Source: Amphiscolops sp. MND2022 | Lineage: Eukaryota | Assembly (NCBI GenBank): GCA_964187785.1 | Contig: OZ076409.1 | Coordinates: forward strand, 7,132,001-7,196,000 | Length of the DNA: 64,000 nucleotides | Direction of reading: 5' to 3' | In this document: piece after piece, positions 13,801-28,800 of the stretch | How the letters are laid out: each line of letters begins with the position of its first letter | How positions within the stretch are numbered: the stretch's first letter is position 1 | Position numbers and translations under genes: made by a program | Notes under the pieces: generated by a model | Databases searched by the model: none | The model's input: only the letters and a program-made list of their open reading frames with translations | What the model was told of the DNA's origin: nothing

Positions 13801-16800
13801 TATTTCGTATTAAACAAGCAATTTTTCCACCGGTGGGCCATTGATTACCACCAAAAAAGCTACAAATTCCACATCGGTGGTCCAGCAGTGGAACTTGGCT
13901 GCCCAAGTTGAGGTTCTTGAACTTTTTACATGCTGCATGGACACGTGCAGGCTAATTTTTTTTTACAAAACATGGAAAATGCTGGTCCTGCATGGAAACA
14001 TTTTGTAGAATTACAATGCAGCCTCCACTATTTGAATTAAAACTGAGGACAATTCCACTTCTCCACCGCTATTGTCATTTTGTTTTCACCCGTAAGTTTC
14101 TGAAGTAAATAACTTATGTAATCACCGTTAGTCAAATACCTAGCACGCTGAATATGACGCTACTTTGAAATTTATGATGTGACTGAAGTTTATTTGCATT
14201 AAAATTGCGGTAAAATTGGTGAAGGTTTCAGCTACTTTCGAAATTACAACGGCGTCTTAGTGAAACCTGTAAAACGTTGCGGCGCAGAAGTGCCGCCAAA
14301 TTTAGCATGCATCTTGTAGGCAGCTTGATAAAATTAAATCGAATCATTGAAGTTTTAATGCATGGACGTTTCTTTGAGAGTTTTATAAAGTCGTGGAACG
14401 TTAGCTTGGTAACCTACTAAAACATGTAAAACGTTCAAGCAGTTTCAACCAGGGTGGATCATGGGTGACTACCGCTGGACTGAGATTGATTGCCAACCCG
14501 GAATTTTCTTTTCACAGAGGCCACAGGACAGTTGCACCTGGGCCGTGACAGGCAACTGACGAGAGAAGTGAGCTCGGGCAGAACTTCTAAAAGAACACCT
14601 GCCACCGCGACCAGTCTGTACAACGCGGTGGGGGAGGAATGCTTGGCCGAGATCAACTGCCTCACAGAGCCTAAATACAGGGTATGGGTTACATATAGGG
14701 TTGTAAAATAATATATTTATTTTTAAATATATTATTTTTAAATAAGAATATATATTTTTCGACTCAAACAAATAAGATACAATATTTTTATTATTAATTC
14801 TTTAGAAGAAATGTTTTGCATAGCTAGCATTGCAATTTTTACTCGCGCTTCCAATATTGTAGATCCTTCCTTCAGCCGTGCAAAGCCGACACTTGACTAT
14901 CAAAGAAATCGAGTGTTGCCAATGCATTTCCAACAACAAGTCTTCCCAGTTGCTGACAAACGTTTATGGAACATTAAAAATGTTGATAACGTTGTTGCTG
15001 AAATTGGACACATATTTTTTTTGTATTTAAAATACCTATTTTTTAAGAGAGTCATATTCATAAAAGTATTTTTCTTCCAAAATATATTTAAATATATTGT
15101 TTTACAACCCTGGTCGCATATCAAAGCCTGTGGCAAATTTTACTGTAGTTTCGAGAAAGAAAACGTTTCCAGCATTATACCTAAAAACGACAGGCATTAT
15201 ATTATTTTGGAATATTCAACGTTATTTTTAGTCGACGCAATTTGCAAGAAATTTGCCCGACTTTAATAGTGACTTGTTTTTTCTTCATTTTTTTAAGACG
15301 ACAGAAAATATGCGAATTGCCCACTTTTCAACAGACTTTGCTGACACTGATAGTAGTTACAATGAGCAAGAAAATTTGATCAACAAGTTTCAAAAGTTGA
15401 CATTTTGGGCCGTGAATCACCAGCGAATTTTGCCTAATTTTCGAAATTAGGCATTTTCGACATTATACCGGACAACAACAAAAACCGCATTTCTACAATT
15501 CTATTTTTTTAAAGAATAATTTTCCAAGTTATACGGTGAATTAGGGTGATTAGGCGAATCGATAATAAAACATAAGGTTTTCAAAGTTAGATATTATTTC
15601 TCTATAGCGATCGATGATACCGTAAATTCAATCAAAAGGTCAAGAAGTTTTGGGCTCAAAGCTGAAAAATGGAAGAATTACAGATGATTGAAGTTCGACA
15701 GGTAACTGTTTTAGTTTTTGCATCTCGCGCTTTCTCTTTCATAACCGTTTCACAGAGCTGTGGAGAATTGCTTGAACCATATCAATAGTTAGTTAGAAGA
15801 AAATTAAACAAAGATACCGCCGAACAAACTTATTGAGAAGATGCAGAAAATTCTCGAAATAAATTTCGGGCAGAGGAAATAGCATTCTTGAAGCCTATTG
15901 AGGATTTAACAGGCAATAAAGCAGTTTTCTTTCAAAAACAATCTCTTTACAGTGTTGGAATTTTTTTCAAATTATAGATTTTTAATTTTTCCAGACTGGA
16001 AAATGACAAATTTCGGAAAAAACTTAGCTGATAACATGAAAAAACATTATTACTTGACACTTTGAAGTCCTTTTGCTATTTTTGAGCCTTAGATATCGCG
16101 CCCACTTATGCCGTTCCCGGCTTGTTTTTTGATTTGATCGGATGTTCAAGAGGAATTCAATCTCCGTTCAGCGTTTTCATGTGCATCAAATATTACTGTA
16201 TTCGTGACAACTGTGAGATATTTTGCTCAATTGAGTTCGTTTGCCGTGAATGTGCCAAAGTTGAAGTTTTCTTTCGATATCCTGAAGTGGTGAATTCAGC
16301 GTGTTGCGTAAAACTGTGACTTGTATCGGTTATGTGTTTCGGCTCCTTTCCTCAAAGTCTGTAGAAGTACTGTATTTATCACTTCATTGTAGCTGCTGCG
16401 TCTTTCTTGTATTTCGTTGGGTTGCTTTGATTGGATGGTGAAGTGTTCTGGGAAAACTTTGGAAAACGATTTCAACGGCGATTAGTTTTCATGTGTTGGA
16501 TGCAAAAAAAGACAGTGTGAAACTAATGGGCGTTGAAATCTGTTTTGGAAATTTGCAAAAACAATCTTCACTCCGGCCAAGAATTTCTCGATATTTTCAT
16601 CAAATTTGTTTTAAAAATATTTCTCATTGTGTTTCTCAATATTGAGAAGACGAACTGAAATAACTATGTTGAAGGCAGGTATCAAAATGAACCTTAAAAA
16701 TTTAGTCTTATCTGAGTTTTTGGTGGGCGCCGTTTCCCTTAAGAAAAAGTCCGACTATTACAATGGGTAGTTTTTTCAGCTGACAATCTCACTCTGAATG

Positions 16801-19800
16801 GTCCACTTTTCTTGTAATTCTTACACTTACATACTATTTCTTAAAATTTTTACTTAGATTACGAAGTAGTATTTTTACATCATCAAAGAAACTCAACGGG
16901 GCCAAAGGGTACTCCCTTAGAGCGTTTTCGGCTCTGTGAGACTTTTTTTCGAAAAAAAAATTTCATCAAAGGCTCCCCCTTGAATTTGTTGATATTTTCC
17001 GACAGAATGGATGCTGAAAAATCCCAAAGGGTCCCCCCTTTCAATTTTTTTCGGCATTGTGAGACTTTTTTTCAATTTTTTTTCATAAAAGGGTCCCCAA
17101 TTCACCAATACTTTGACACTTTGAAGTCCTTTTGCTATTTTTGAGCCTTAAATATGGCGCCGACTTGGGCCGTTCACGGCATGTTTGAATGAACGGTCTT
17201 GCATTTTCTTCAACAAATGTCTCCAAAACAATCTCCAACCAATGAGATCCTGTTTTAGGAGAATGACCCCCGCAACAAAAGGACTTACGTGCCCTATTAC
17301 GTCACAGATATGGTCAAGTTCAAGGAGATCCACGGTGCCAGAAACAAGCCCCTCGCAGGTCTGTTCAAAGAGAGGGCAGCGAAAAAGGAGCCTGAGTTCG
17401 TGAAACACTTGAAGTATTTGGGGGCGGAGACTGACGAGTTTTACCAGGAAATCGCGAGATCAACTGGCGAGAAGTCCCACAGTGTCAAAGGGAAGTCTGT
17501 TCAGTTTCCCAGGCTTCGTAGATACGTAAATGCAAAACGGGAATAACGTCTAAAGTCGAGTCATGCTCTTTCCTTATGTTAAAGCATTGAATTTTAGATG
17601 TTATTCCTTTAGACGATATTCCCGAAACACTTTTAGACGTTATTCCAAAGACGTTATTCGCACTACTGCGTATATACGAGTAAAGTAGTGCTATGATTGA
17701 AAGCAACATAGCACGCGGAAAGGGAGCAAATAAACAAAGCTCATTGACTGATCAAAGTCTCACGCGCTCATTCAATTGGTCGAGAGCAAATTCCAAAACA
17801 TCATTTTTGTTGGTTCTTAAAATTTTGACCCACTTACATTTTTTGATTTCGAAATAAATTTGACATAAAAATTCTTCCGAACCTTTCGAATCCGACAGTA
17901 TTGACTTTCTGGAACTATTGTATCAGTATGATCTTGTTTTAGGTTAAATTCCAAAATAGTATACTTTATACATGATCTTAGAATGATTTCAAATAAAAAA
18001 GACAGGGGTCCATTGAACATGAAATTTTGCGAAACATCTGAGCAAAAGTAGACCAAAAGTGAGGAGAACCACAGTTTGTATACCAACCAGTATTTGTAAA
18101 CTAGACAAAAATCTAAGAAACTTCTACTTTCAAATTTTTAAAATTTTTTTGCTGTTTTCGAGATTTTGCCTCTTGTTGCTTTAAATAACCCGACAAGGTT
18201 TTCATACCGGGTTTCCCGACAAGGTTGATCATACTCTGATCATATATGGCAGCACAAAAATAATGCTAATTTTTTTCTATGATCTTACTATTGGAGCAGC
18301 GTCTACATGTCTCACTTTCTCACTGTTCTGTTCAAGTAATTTTTCCATCATAGCCTTCAGCGATGACTTTTCTGTTTGGAGCATATTAAATCATAGCTCC
18401 ATATTAAATCATAGCATAGGATATTTTTTCCATCATGGCCTTCAGCGATGACATTTCTGTTTGTAGCTTAATTAATCGCTCTTCGTTTTCACGTAGAGCT
18501 TCATTGTGATTCTGAGCGGAAGGAGATCTAGTTCGCGATTGTTCGCTTTCAACATCATTAACGTTTTCCATAACTAACGTACTACTTCCACAGAATTATC
18601 GGCTTGGTTAAAACTTTTTTGACTGAGTAGTTTACCGTTTCTAAGCTTTCTGGATGAAAGATGGCTCCTGTAACACTAGCAGAGAGGTTTTGGTGGATAA
18701 GAGTTGAATGTAGTTTAGTATTTAGTCCCAGTAAAATAATCAGTTGACAAGAATCGTAACGTATTGAAAATCGATGTACTACTAAGTCGCGTAATGGTGG
18801 CTCGGTCGTAGACCCGCGTTTGCAGGTGGTAACCTCAAATACTCACCAATCGTGTAATTTCCTTGATCCATCAACGAGGTGTTCATGTGCGTCTGGTCTC
18901 GTGACAAGTTCCCTCTCGTTGGTATTAAGGGGTTACCATCGTTAATTACGCGCCAACTGAAAATTTATTCAATGTACATGCATATATAATGAGTGTAATT
19001 TATATCGCATAGCTAATATCGTTGAATCATTGGTAAACCGAATAAAACGCTCATCAGATGTGAAAGCGATGAGTCTTGTAGTACTCAGGAGTTGCGTATC
19101 AGCAGTTATGAAATGAGCGATGCAAAAGCGATGAATCTACTGTGAGGTGATGGCTATTGCACTAAGTAGATGAATTTCTTCGTTTAGACATCGTTTTTCA
19201 CTAGTCGTGTGTGTGCGGTGTCCGTATGTTCTAATGGATGTGAAACCGATGGATGAATCTCATCTCTGATACATAGTGAATTTTATAACACAAAGGTGTT
19301 TGTTTAAGTGGCAGGATTAAATCATCAATAGCTTCCATCCATTTGCCATCGTTTTTCTCCGTGCTAGCATGTTCTACCTGTGGTTCTGGTTTGGTGCGGT
19401 CAAACGATGCAATACAGATGAAAAGTATCGGAAAAGCACAAATTGTATTTAGCGTATAGCTTTCATCGTTTTAGCATCATCACAATTGCTGGGGGAGCGG
19501 CTCTTTCACGCGATGTAAAAGCGATTAAACTTGTTCATCGTTTTACATGTATGGACGATGTGACTTAGATGAAATTCATGTTTCAAGTCAACAGTTTGCT
19601 GTGAGGCTCAGCTCTCTGTCGTGCAATGTGATTCATCGTTCTTTCAACGTTTTAGTCTTTCTGTTTTTCTTTTTCGTGACTTGAGTCCTTGTTTGGATTT
19701 TCTCCAAACTTAAACATAACAAACGTATGTGCACAATAGGGGTCCAGGATGCTCATAAATCAATGGTAGAAAACTTAAAACTCAAGGTGGGGGATCAGTA

Positions 19801-22800
19801 AAGTAAGGTAGAGTTGCGCACAACCTTGAAACTTATTATATGACATCATATTTCCCTACCATGTTGAGTGACGATGTTTTTGCGATGAACCTGGTTTACA
19901 CTGGTGATTGTGTGTCACACATCAATTGGTACGTCTGGAGGTGCCTTGTTGATTCTTCTCCAGGGGCCTCGTGTGAGTCATCTAAACGTTTCATCGGTTT
20001 GTCATCGTCTTTGCACACATCGGCTGTGATTCGTGTCATCGGTTTGCCATTGTCATGGGTTTTGTGTGCATTGGCAGTCGTCGATATGCGTTTACCATTG
20101 TCATTGGGTACTGCTGATGGGACAATCGACTTCATCGGACTGTCACCGTTTTCTTCTATCTCATTGAGCCGCCCTGTGGGAAGTAGTCCGGTTCATCGTC
20201 TTCCTGTTTGGGCGTCTTTGAGGTGTACGATGGAATGTCGATTTCTTTGTGGTGTACTGGAACGGAATCAGTCAATTTTAAAAGAACAGGCTCTTCAGGT
20301 CGGATTGCCAATCTGGATAGAAAATCCACAGCGGCATTTTCAACACCTGGAACATGAGCTAGTATAAAATTGAACTGAAGCGTTTGATCGCAAAAATTCT
20401 AAAAAGACGGTGGAATATGTTTGGCCTGAAAGAAACGGGTGAGTACCTTATTGTCAGTCATTACAATTATCGGTTTCTGGGCACCCCAGTGGACATGAAC
20501 AAACTCATCAAATGCAAAGTGCATCGCTAAAAACTCTTTGGCGTACATGGTGAATGACATCTGGCCACCCTGAAATTTCTTTGGTCCAAAGGCAACTGGT
20601 GCGTACTTCTTTGAAATACCCGAGTTTGATTCAGAGTAGTCTTCTATGAATAATACATAACCAGCTGCGTGTTCACGCGCGTCACACAAGATTACCAATT
20701 GTTTATTCGGAAAAGGAAGTTTCAGGGACAGTTTAGTTGCTTTGAGTGAGTTTCGTTAATGTCAAAATTACATCTTTGAGGCGTTGTTCTAGCTTGAAAA
20801 TTGTCTCTTTTTTAATGAGTTCATGGAAAACAGCTGTTTTGTCGGCCGACCGGGAAATGTAGGACCTGTAAAAAATGACAAATCCTAAGTATCTTTGGAG
20901 AGATTTGACTGAGTTTGGTTGTTTGAGTTTCTGCAAAAAATCAGTTGACGTTTTTCAATTGGAGCAATCCCTGTGCTGGAGATTGTTTTACCGAGGTAAA
21001 CAATTTGCTGTTGGCCGAATTTACGTTTACCCATGCTGAGTTTCAATCCGGCCTTAGTCAGTTGCTGAAAAACGAGTTCTATATTTTCAATTAGTTGATC
21101 GGGTGTGTTAGCTGCTATGCATATATCATCAACATATTGGGGTATTTGTCCGCTTTGACCAAGGATCCAAGTACTCGGGGACCACACTGGTGAAGGCTGA
21201 AAGTAAACGGTTAAGACCTTGGGCTAATCTGAGAAATGCAAACGTAGGCGACTCAAACAAAAGGACGAAAGTTCGATTGATTGCTCGTCTGACATTGGTA
21301 TGCAATGGTAGGCCTGGGACCAATCGAGCTTGCAAAAATATATTTTCGCAGCCATGTGTTGAGCAGCATCTGAAATAGTGGTTCAGGGTGGTTGTGTTCT
21401 CCATAGTCGTTCTTTATCAGATACTTTTTTGGTCGTAGGTCAAATAAATTCCTCATTTTACCATTTGATTTGCATTGAGCAAATATCGGTGAGGAGTGTT
21501 TGTTGTGAGGAAGAGTAGTTATGATCCCGTACTCCTGTATTAGTGCTAATTTTGCACGTTTTCTTTGAGATTAGTTGGAGTAGCGAGACTTTGAGAACAA
21601 ACCGGCACGTCATAATGAGGTGTTTGGTTTACTTTAAAATCAGTGTTCAAGCTGATGTCTAGACGATGTCTAGCAAAAATGGAGTTGTACTTTACCAGCA
21701 ACTCCTCTACATGAGCTTGTTGAGACGGAGAGTAGTGATTCGTCACACTTGAAGTTCTGCAGGAACTTGACTCGTTCGTTGTGGGAGCGGGCAGGGTCAA
21801 GCTTCTCCAGCTCTCTTAAAGCCCCGATCTCTTGTTGAGTTTGTCTGGCTCACTACGTCTCAGGCGTCGGGTACCGTTCTGTAGACTTTATGCCAGGGTT
21901 CATAAAAAGTTGATTTATCACCGCTTCTGCGTCGTCGGGGCTTTCTGTAATCAACTTCAAGTGTTCAACTGGCATCGGTGTGATCTTTACATCTTGGTGG
22001 GCGTTGATATCCGGCAGTTGGCCAGGTTGATGTTGGCTTCGAGCGTGTACACGTGTTCAATGAGGTTAGTGACCTGAATCATCGTTTTCCCATCGTCAAG
22101 GTCAAACACTGCTGGTGAAACCAAGAGACACGTCTTGCGCATGGAAACTGGCGTCCCTTCGACCATGCCAGTTGTACGTGATATGTCCGCGTCGCTGTGG
22201 ACCTCAATCAGTACTTGGTGGTGGGGAGGGATTGCTGTTCTGCAGCTGGCATACAAATCAATTAAACCAATTTTGAACTTTTTATTTATTTGCTGTCTCA
22301 CTTGCATCCACATCATGTGATTAGGAAAGTGCACTAGGCGATATTTGATGTCGAGGTTAGCAGAGTACTTTTCAGAAAAAAAACATTCTAACCAGTATGG
22401 TTCACAACGTCGGGAGTACTAGAAAACCTTCTTCAAAGACTTTGCCTGCTTTGAAGAGGCGTAACAAGACTTGTTTTCTGATGGACACTACTTTGCTGTT
22501 GGCAAGGTGGACTTTAAAGTTGGGGGGTTATAGTTCGTCCAAGACGGCTTAAGGGTGAACGGTTGTACTTTTACGTATTTCGGTTTCTGAGAGTGCGCTT
22601 TGCACTGCTGCAGTATTCAAAAGGCCGTGGGTTTCGTAAGTGTTAACTTGAAGAGGGACAGACAACATCTTTTTCTTTTTTTTAAATTGTAATGTGGGAG
22701 TAAGTACGTGAACTTCAGTATTTTTGCATGTTTTTCATTTTGCGGGTTACTACTTGTTTGCTCTGCATGTTTTTATTACTAAGCCGTGTTGAAGAGTTGT

Positions 22801-25800
22801 CATCAGTCTGGAGTCGTGTCGTCTGTTGAAGATGCGAAGACATTTCGTCGTCTTGCCAGGTCATCGCTTCTTCATCGAGTGAATCTACCACCGGAATGAG
22901 TCTGTTGATGTTTTTCATTGACTTCATCGGTTGTTCATTGGATTGCTGAATTCTTAGCAGATAGATTTCGTTTGCTTTGCGGGAATCACCAGAAGGCTGC
23001 CAAGACTTCTGATGACGTTTACGGATCGTTAATCGAGTCAAGTGAGTAGTTGAGTCTGAGTTTGGGTGCGCACTTTTGTTATTCGCGGAGTGAAACTGAG
23101 GCCTTATAGAAAATCCTGTTCTCCCTCTGAGCACAGGTCATTCTTGTTTCTGGGACCTCCAATTGGTTCAAAGGTCTCATCGTTGATGTTTTAGTTCGCA
23201 TTGTCGTTCCTTATTTTCTTGGTCGTCCGTTCGCTTGTATGGTAATTGTCCGTACGGGGTGCTGGTCTATTTGGGCATTCGCTTTCTGGAATCCCTACCT
23301 GAATGACCTGTTATCCACAAATCTTACACACGAGTTTTGGGTGGTATTTTGGTTTGTCGTCTTCTCTTTGTTTGGCATCTGGCTTGGATATACCATTGTT
23401 TTCGTCTCTTTGGCGTCCTCTGCATTCTTGCTTCCTGTGGCCCTGTTTTCCACAGAAAGAGATTTTCCTTCGAACCTCTTGTTACTGATTTGGGTCGATT
23501 TTGATCAGATCTCGTAAATTTTCGTTTTGTAGTGGTGTCTGATATTTGGTTGAATGACTGGTAGGTTGATGTAGACTTTTGCATAACTTGCTGTTATTGG
23601 TTTTTGCGGAGCAACTACGTTGTTATTTCTTCTGGGCTACTAACTTAATTGTTGGCCATTGTTAGTTCTTGTTGGATAATGACTGGGAGTTTTCCGAACA
23701 GGAACGTTTTCATACATTTGTCCGCTTCGTCACCGTAGGTTTGCTTAGCAATTTTTTTGAGATCTTTCAATAACTCCCCAAGTGACTGTTGTGGGGTCAT
23801 ATTTTGTATCATTCCACTTGTATCTGACGACTTCTCGCATATCTTCTTTGGCGAACTCCTTCCTGAACATCTGGAGGACATTCGTTAGTGTGGTCATGGG
23901 AGTAATAGTGATCGTCTGCAAGTAGTTTATGGCCTCGTCGCGTAATAGACTTTTGAAAGACGTGGAATTTGTCTTCTTCTGTTATTTTGTTGACTGCAGG
24001 TTGGTTGTGATTTAGCAGTAAATGCTCGAACTCGTTGTATTTGTTATTTGCTCCTCTAAAGTTGGGACGTGTGTTTGGAGCAACTTGTTGTTTGGTTTTT
24101 GTAATCGTCTTGGTAAATCCTGACGTTAAGTGAGGCGGTTTCTGTTGAATTGAGGGATGATTCTTCGTACTCTTCTTCATCTTCGTAATCCTGGTAGTGG
24201 ACGCGTTGAGTCCGGTTGACTCCCGTTACCAAGTTAGACGACTGCACCATAAATGAGGACGTTGTTGGAGCAGCGTGTACTTGCCTCACTTTCTCACTGT
24301 TCAGTGCAAGTAATTTTTCTATCATAGCCTTCAGCGATGACATTTCTGGTTGGAGCTATTAAATCGCCCTTCGTTCTCGCGTTGAGTTTCATTGTGATTC
24401 TGAGGGGAAGGATATCTAGTTCGCGATTGTTCGCTTTCAACATTATTAACTTTTCCATAACTAACATACTGCTTTCACAGAGTGAATTATCAGCTTGGTT
24501 TAAACTTCTTTGTCTTGGTATAGAATAGAAAAACTTGGTAGTTTACCGTTTCTAATTTTTCTGGGTGAAAGATTGCTCATGTAACACTAGCAGAGAGATT
24601 TTGGTGGAAAAGAGTTGAATTGTATTTACTATCTAGTCGCAATAATATATTCAGTTGACAAGAATAGTTACGTATTGAAAATCAGTGTACTAAATTGCGT
24701 AATGGGGGCTCGATGGTAGACCCGCGTTTGCAGGTGGTAAGCCTCAAATCCTTATCAACCGTGTAATTTCATTGGTCCACCAATGAGGTGTTAATGTGCG
24801 TCTGGTCACGTGACCAGTTCTTCTCGTTGGTATTAAGAGGCTACCATCGTTAATTACGCGCCAAATGAAATTTAGAGCAATTTACATGCATATATAATGA
24901 GTGTACTTCACATCGCATAGCTAATATCGTTGAATCATCGATAAACTGCAAAAAATACTCATCAGATATGAAAGCGATGAATCCTGTAGTTCTCAGGGGT
25001 CGCGTAACAGCAGTTTTGAAATGAAAAAGCAATGAATCCACTGTATGGGGAGGGCTATTGCACGAAGTAGATGAGATTCATTGTGTAGACATCGTATTCA
25101 CTAGTCGTGTATGTGCGGTGTCTGTATGTTCTAATGGATATTAAAACGATGGATGAATCACATCTGATACATATTGAAACATATGACGCAAAGGTGTTTG
25201 TTTAAGAGGTAGGATTAAATCATCCCAGCATATTGTTCCTGCATTTGCCATCGTTTACCTTCGTGCTAGTATATTGTACTTGTGCTTCTGGTTTGGTGCG
25301 GTAAAACGATGTAATACAGATGAAAAGAATTGAAAACCGAAAAATGTATTCAAGGTAAAGCCTTTATCGTTTTAGTATCATCACAATTGAAATGTTCATC
25401 GTTTTACATGTATGGACGATGTGATGTAGATGAAATTCAGGTTTCAAGTCAACAGTTTGCTGTGAGGCTCAGTTCTCTGTCGTGCTATGTGTTTCATTGT
25501 TCTTTCATCGTTTTAGTCTTTCTGTTTTCCTCTTTCGTGACTTGAGTCCCTATTTGGATTTTCGTCAATATTTAAATGTAACAAACGTATGTGCACAGTA
25601 TAGATCCAGGATGCGCATAAATAAATAGTAGATAACTTAAAACTCAGGTTGTAGTGTAGTATCGTAGAGTTCCGCACAAGCATGAATCTTATTATATGAC
25701 ATCATATTGCACATAGATTAGTATAAATGACATAAAATGTACATTATAGATATAATTAGATTATAGTTCCATCATGATGGAATGACAATGGTCCAGTCTG

Positions 25801-28800
25801 GAATCATAAATGGCCCAGATTATGATCAAACTAATTTCATAAACTTTTGTTGCCCACGCGGGTTGCTGTGACACGCAATTTAGAGAAAAGTTTTCAGATA
25901 TTAAGAATAGCCTGCTGCTAAAACCTGCTGTTAGAGAAAGCTGCTAAACCTTGATGATTGCGAACTTCATTCACCCCTCATTCATTTCACCCCACTTTCA
26001 TTTCACCCGATATTGTAATTATACAAAAGCGTCTCACGTTAATTAACCAATTAGCATTTAAACTTTATGCCTACTGTCTTGGAGTTAGCATTGAAGTTTC
26101 TGGCCGGTAGGAAAGTGTTTGCCGAAGGCAAATGGAATAGAAAATTTTTGCTGAATATTAGCAACATCCAAAATTGTAGATTTTGATTGACAGAAAGTTT
26201 TTTTTCTCAGCTCCTTGTTCCGAAGTATTACAATTCCGAGAAGCTAAGTTTTCCGGCTCCGATTCTGTGGTTCACGTAGCAGCATCGTTTGCTTATCTAA
26301 TTGGTAATTAGAACCAAGACGCTTTTCTATTACCGCTAAGATTGAAATTGGGTGGCAATAATCATTTATCTGAGACACATTTGATAATTTTAGTTTGGGG
26401 TAAATGAACGTGGGGTGAAATGATATGGGGTGAAATGAACGTGGGGTGAAATGATATGGGGTGAAATGAACGTGGGGTGAAATGATATGGGGTGAAATGA
26501 ACGCGGGGTGAAATGATATGGGGTGAAATGAACGTGGGGTGAAATGATATGGGGTGAAATGATACTGAACCTCAATATACAATCATTGAAGTGTATTCTG
26601 CAAGCAAATAAACCAGCAAAACTTGTGAAAAGCTACGAAAACTTGTCTAAAACATTAGTTGCTTCTCATTTGAAGGAAATTGATTCGAGTAAAGCTACGG
26701 GACCCGACGGAATTCCCCCTGTTCTTCTCAAAGAGATGAATCGTGAACTTAGTCATTCTTTACACGCTATATTCAAGAAAATACAGCAAACGTGCGTTTA
26801 TCCAAAAATATGAAAGTGTGCAACGATTGTCCCAGTTCATAAGAAAAACTCTAAAATCGAAGTCACGAATTACCGGCCTGTGTCCTTGCTGTGTTGCGTG
26901 TCCAAAGTCTTTGAGCGATGCATTTATACTACATTGTACAAGTTTCTTCGACCAAAGTTCTCAAACAGTCAGCATGGCTTCAGAAAAGGGAGATCCTGTG
27001 TAACTCAGCTTTTACATTATCTTGATCTGGTATTCAAAGGAATTGACAGTGGGTCGAAGGTCGAAGTTGTTTATACTGATTTCGAGAAGGCCTTCGATAA
27101 AGTAGATCATGGTATTCTTCTGTCCAAACTCTTCAGACTTGGTGTTCGTGGTAAACTGTTACGACTTTTGGAGAGCTATTTATCGGAACGGACATTTAGA
27201 GTAAAAGTAGGTGATTCTTTATCGACTCCCCGTGTCGTAACCAGTGGTGTCCCTCAAGGATCGCTCCTCGGGCCCCTATTATTCTTGGTATTGATCAATG
27301 ACTTTGCAGACTGCTGTGAATTCACCTCCTGTTTCCTGTGCGCAGATGATGCAAAATTGGTTTACATCGGCAATGAACCATCAGTCATGCAGCTAGATAT
27401 CGACAATATCGCTCTCTGGTGTTTTGAGAACAATATGTTTCTCAACGCTGATAAATGCACCCACCTTTCAATGGGAAAATCTTGCGAATATTTCCTTGCC
27501 AGTGACAAGCTGAATCTCGTCCCTAAACAAAGAGATCTGGGTCTCATTGTAGAAGGTTCTCTAAAATGGCATGAGCACATTGCTGAGAAATGTCACAAGG
27601 CCTTATCAGTCCCAATGATGATTAAGCGGAACTGCGGTACAATAACACTCGAGTGCAAAAAGAATGTATATAAAACAATGGTTCTCCCGATTTTGAGCTA
27701 TGGTTCACCTTGTTGGTTCGCCAGCGTCGATGGACTCAAGCGGCTCGAGCGGGTACAGAAGTATGCTGTCATCTGGATGTTAGGGAAATGTAATTACAAA
27801 ACTGGCTTGCTGACGACAAGTTTGTTACCCGTTTCATTGTACCTCCAATTGAGTGACTTACTGACCCTCTCCAAATCCATGAATGGTCAATATGATATTA
27901 TAAACGAGAATTTCGTCCAGTTGCTTTCACCAAATAGAGAAACTAGGTACTCGACAACTATGCATTTCGTGGTGCCCTTGGTCAGACGAGCTCTGTGTGA
28001 AACGAATTTTTGGATACGTTGCCCTAAGCTAGTGAATAGATTACCGACGTCTGTCGATTTCTTCCAGCCGATTGGTCTCAAGGCAAGGTTGCTTCGATTT
28101 TTCTGGAATTATTTTCGAAACACTTATGACCCAGATGTTGCTCATACTTGGAGGTTTTGAATTCATCTCGTTTGATTGATTGTACAGTTGTAAATCGGAT
28201 CAGCTCTTGCCCGGTTAATAGATAGTATCACGTGTCGTGTGCTATCTCTACCAACAACATTCCAAAATGTAGTATCACTGTTAAATTTATCTCCTAGTAG
28301 TAATCACACTTGAATTCATCTCGTTGGATTGATAGTGCAGTGGTAAGTCGGATCAGCTCTTGCCCGGTTAATAGATAGTATCACGTGTCGTGTGCTATCT
28401 CTACCAACAACATTCCAAAATGTAGTATCACTGTTAAATTTATCTCCTAGTAGTAATCACACTTGAATTCATCTCGTTGGATTGATAGTGCAGTGGTAAG
28501 TCGGATCAGCTCTTGTCCGGTTGAAAGATAGTATCACGTGTCGTGTGCTATCTCTACAATCAACATTCCAAACTGTAGTATTCGTGTGAGCCCCACAGAT
28601 TTTGTCAACAACCCTAATTTCGACTCTCTGGTACCTTTCCTGGATTCTGTTGATGATGTTTGATGATGATCAAGATTCCTACGCTATTCTATGGCGATTT
28701 TGAGTTAGGGAGTGATCCCTTCAGGTCAACTGATCTTGAATTATGATGATGAGTTATGTGCGATTTTGTCTTCTTACTTTTGGTTTGCATATTTTTGTTA

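Noticed and set aside
25767..25861. Possible extra exon (FHHDGMTMVQSG...)
   Set aside because: An open phase-0 frame exists, but the only nearby donor gives phase 2, which is incompatible with exon 28931.
26244..26582. His/Pro-rich repeat protein ORFs
   Set aside because: Translation of the 31-bp minisatellite.
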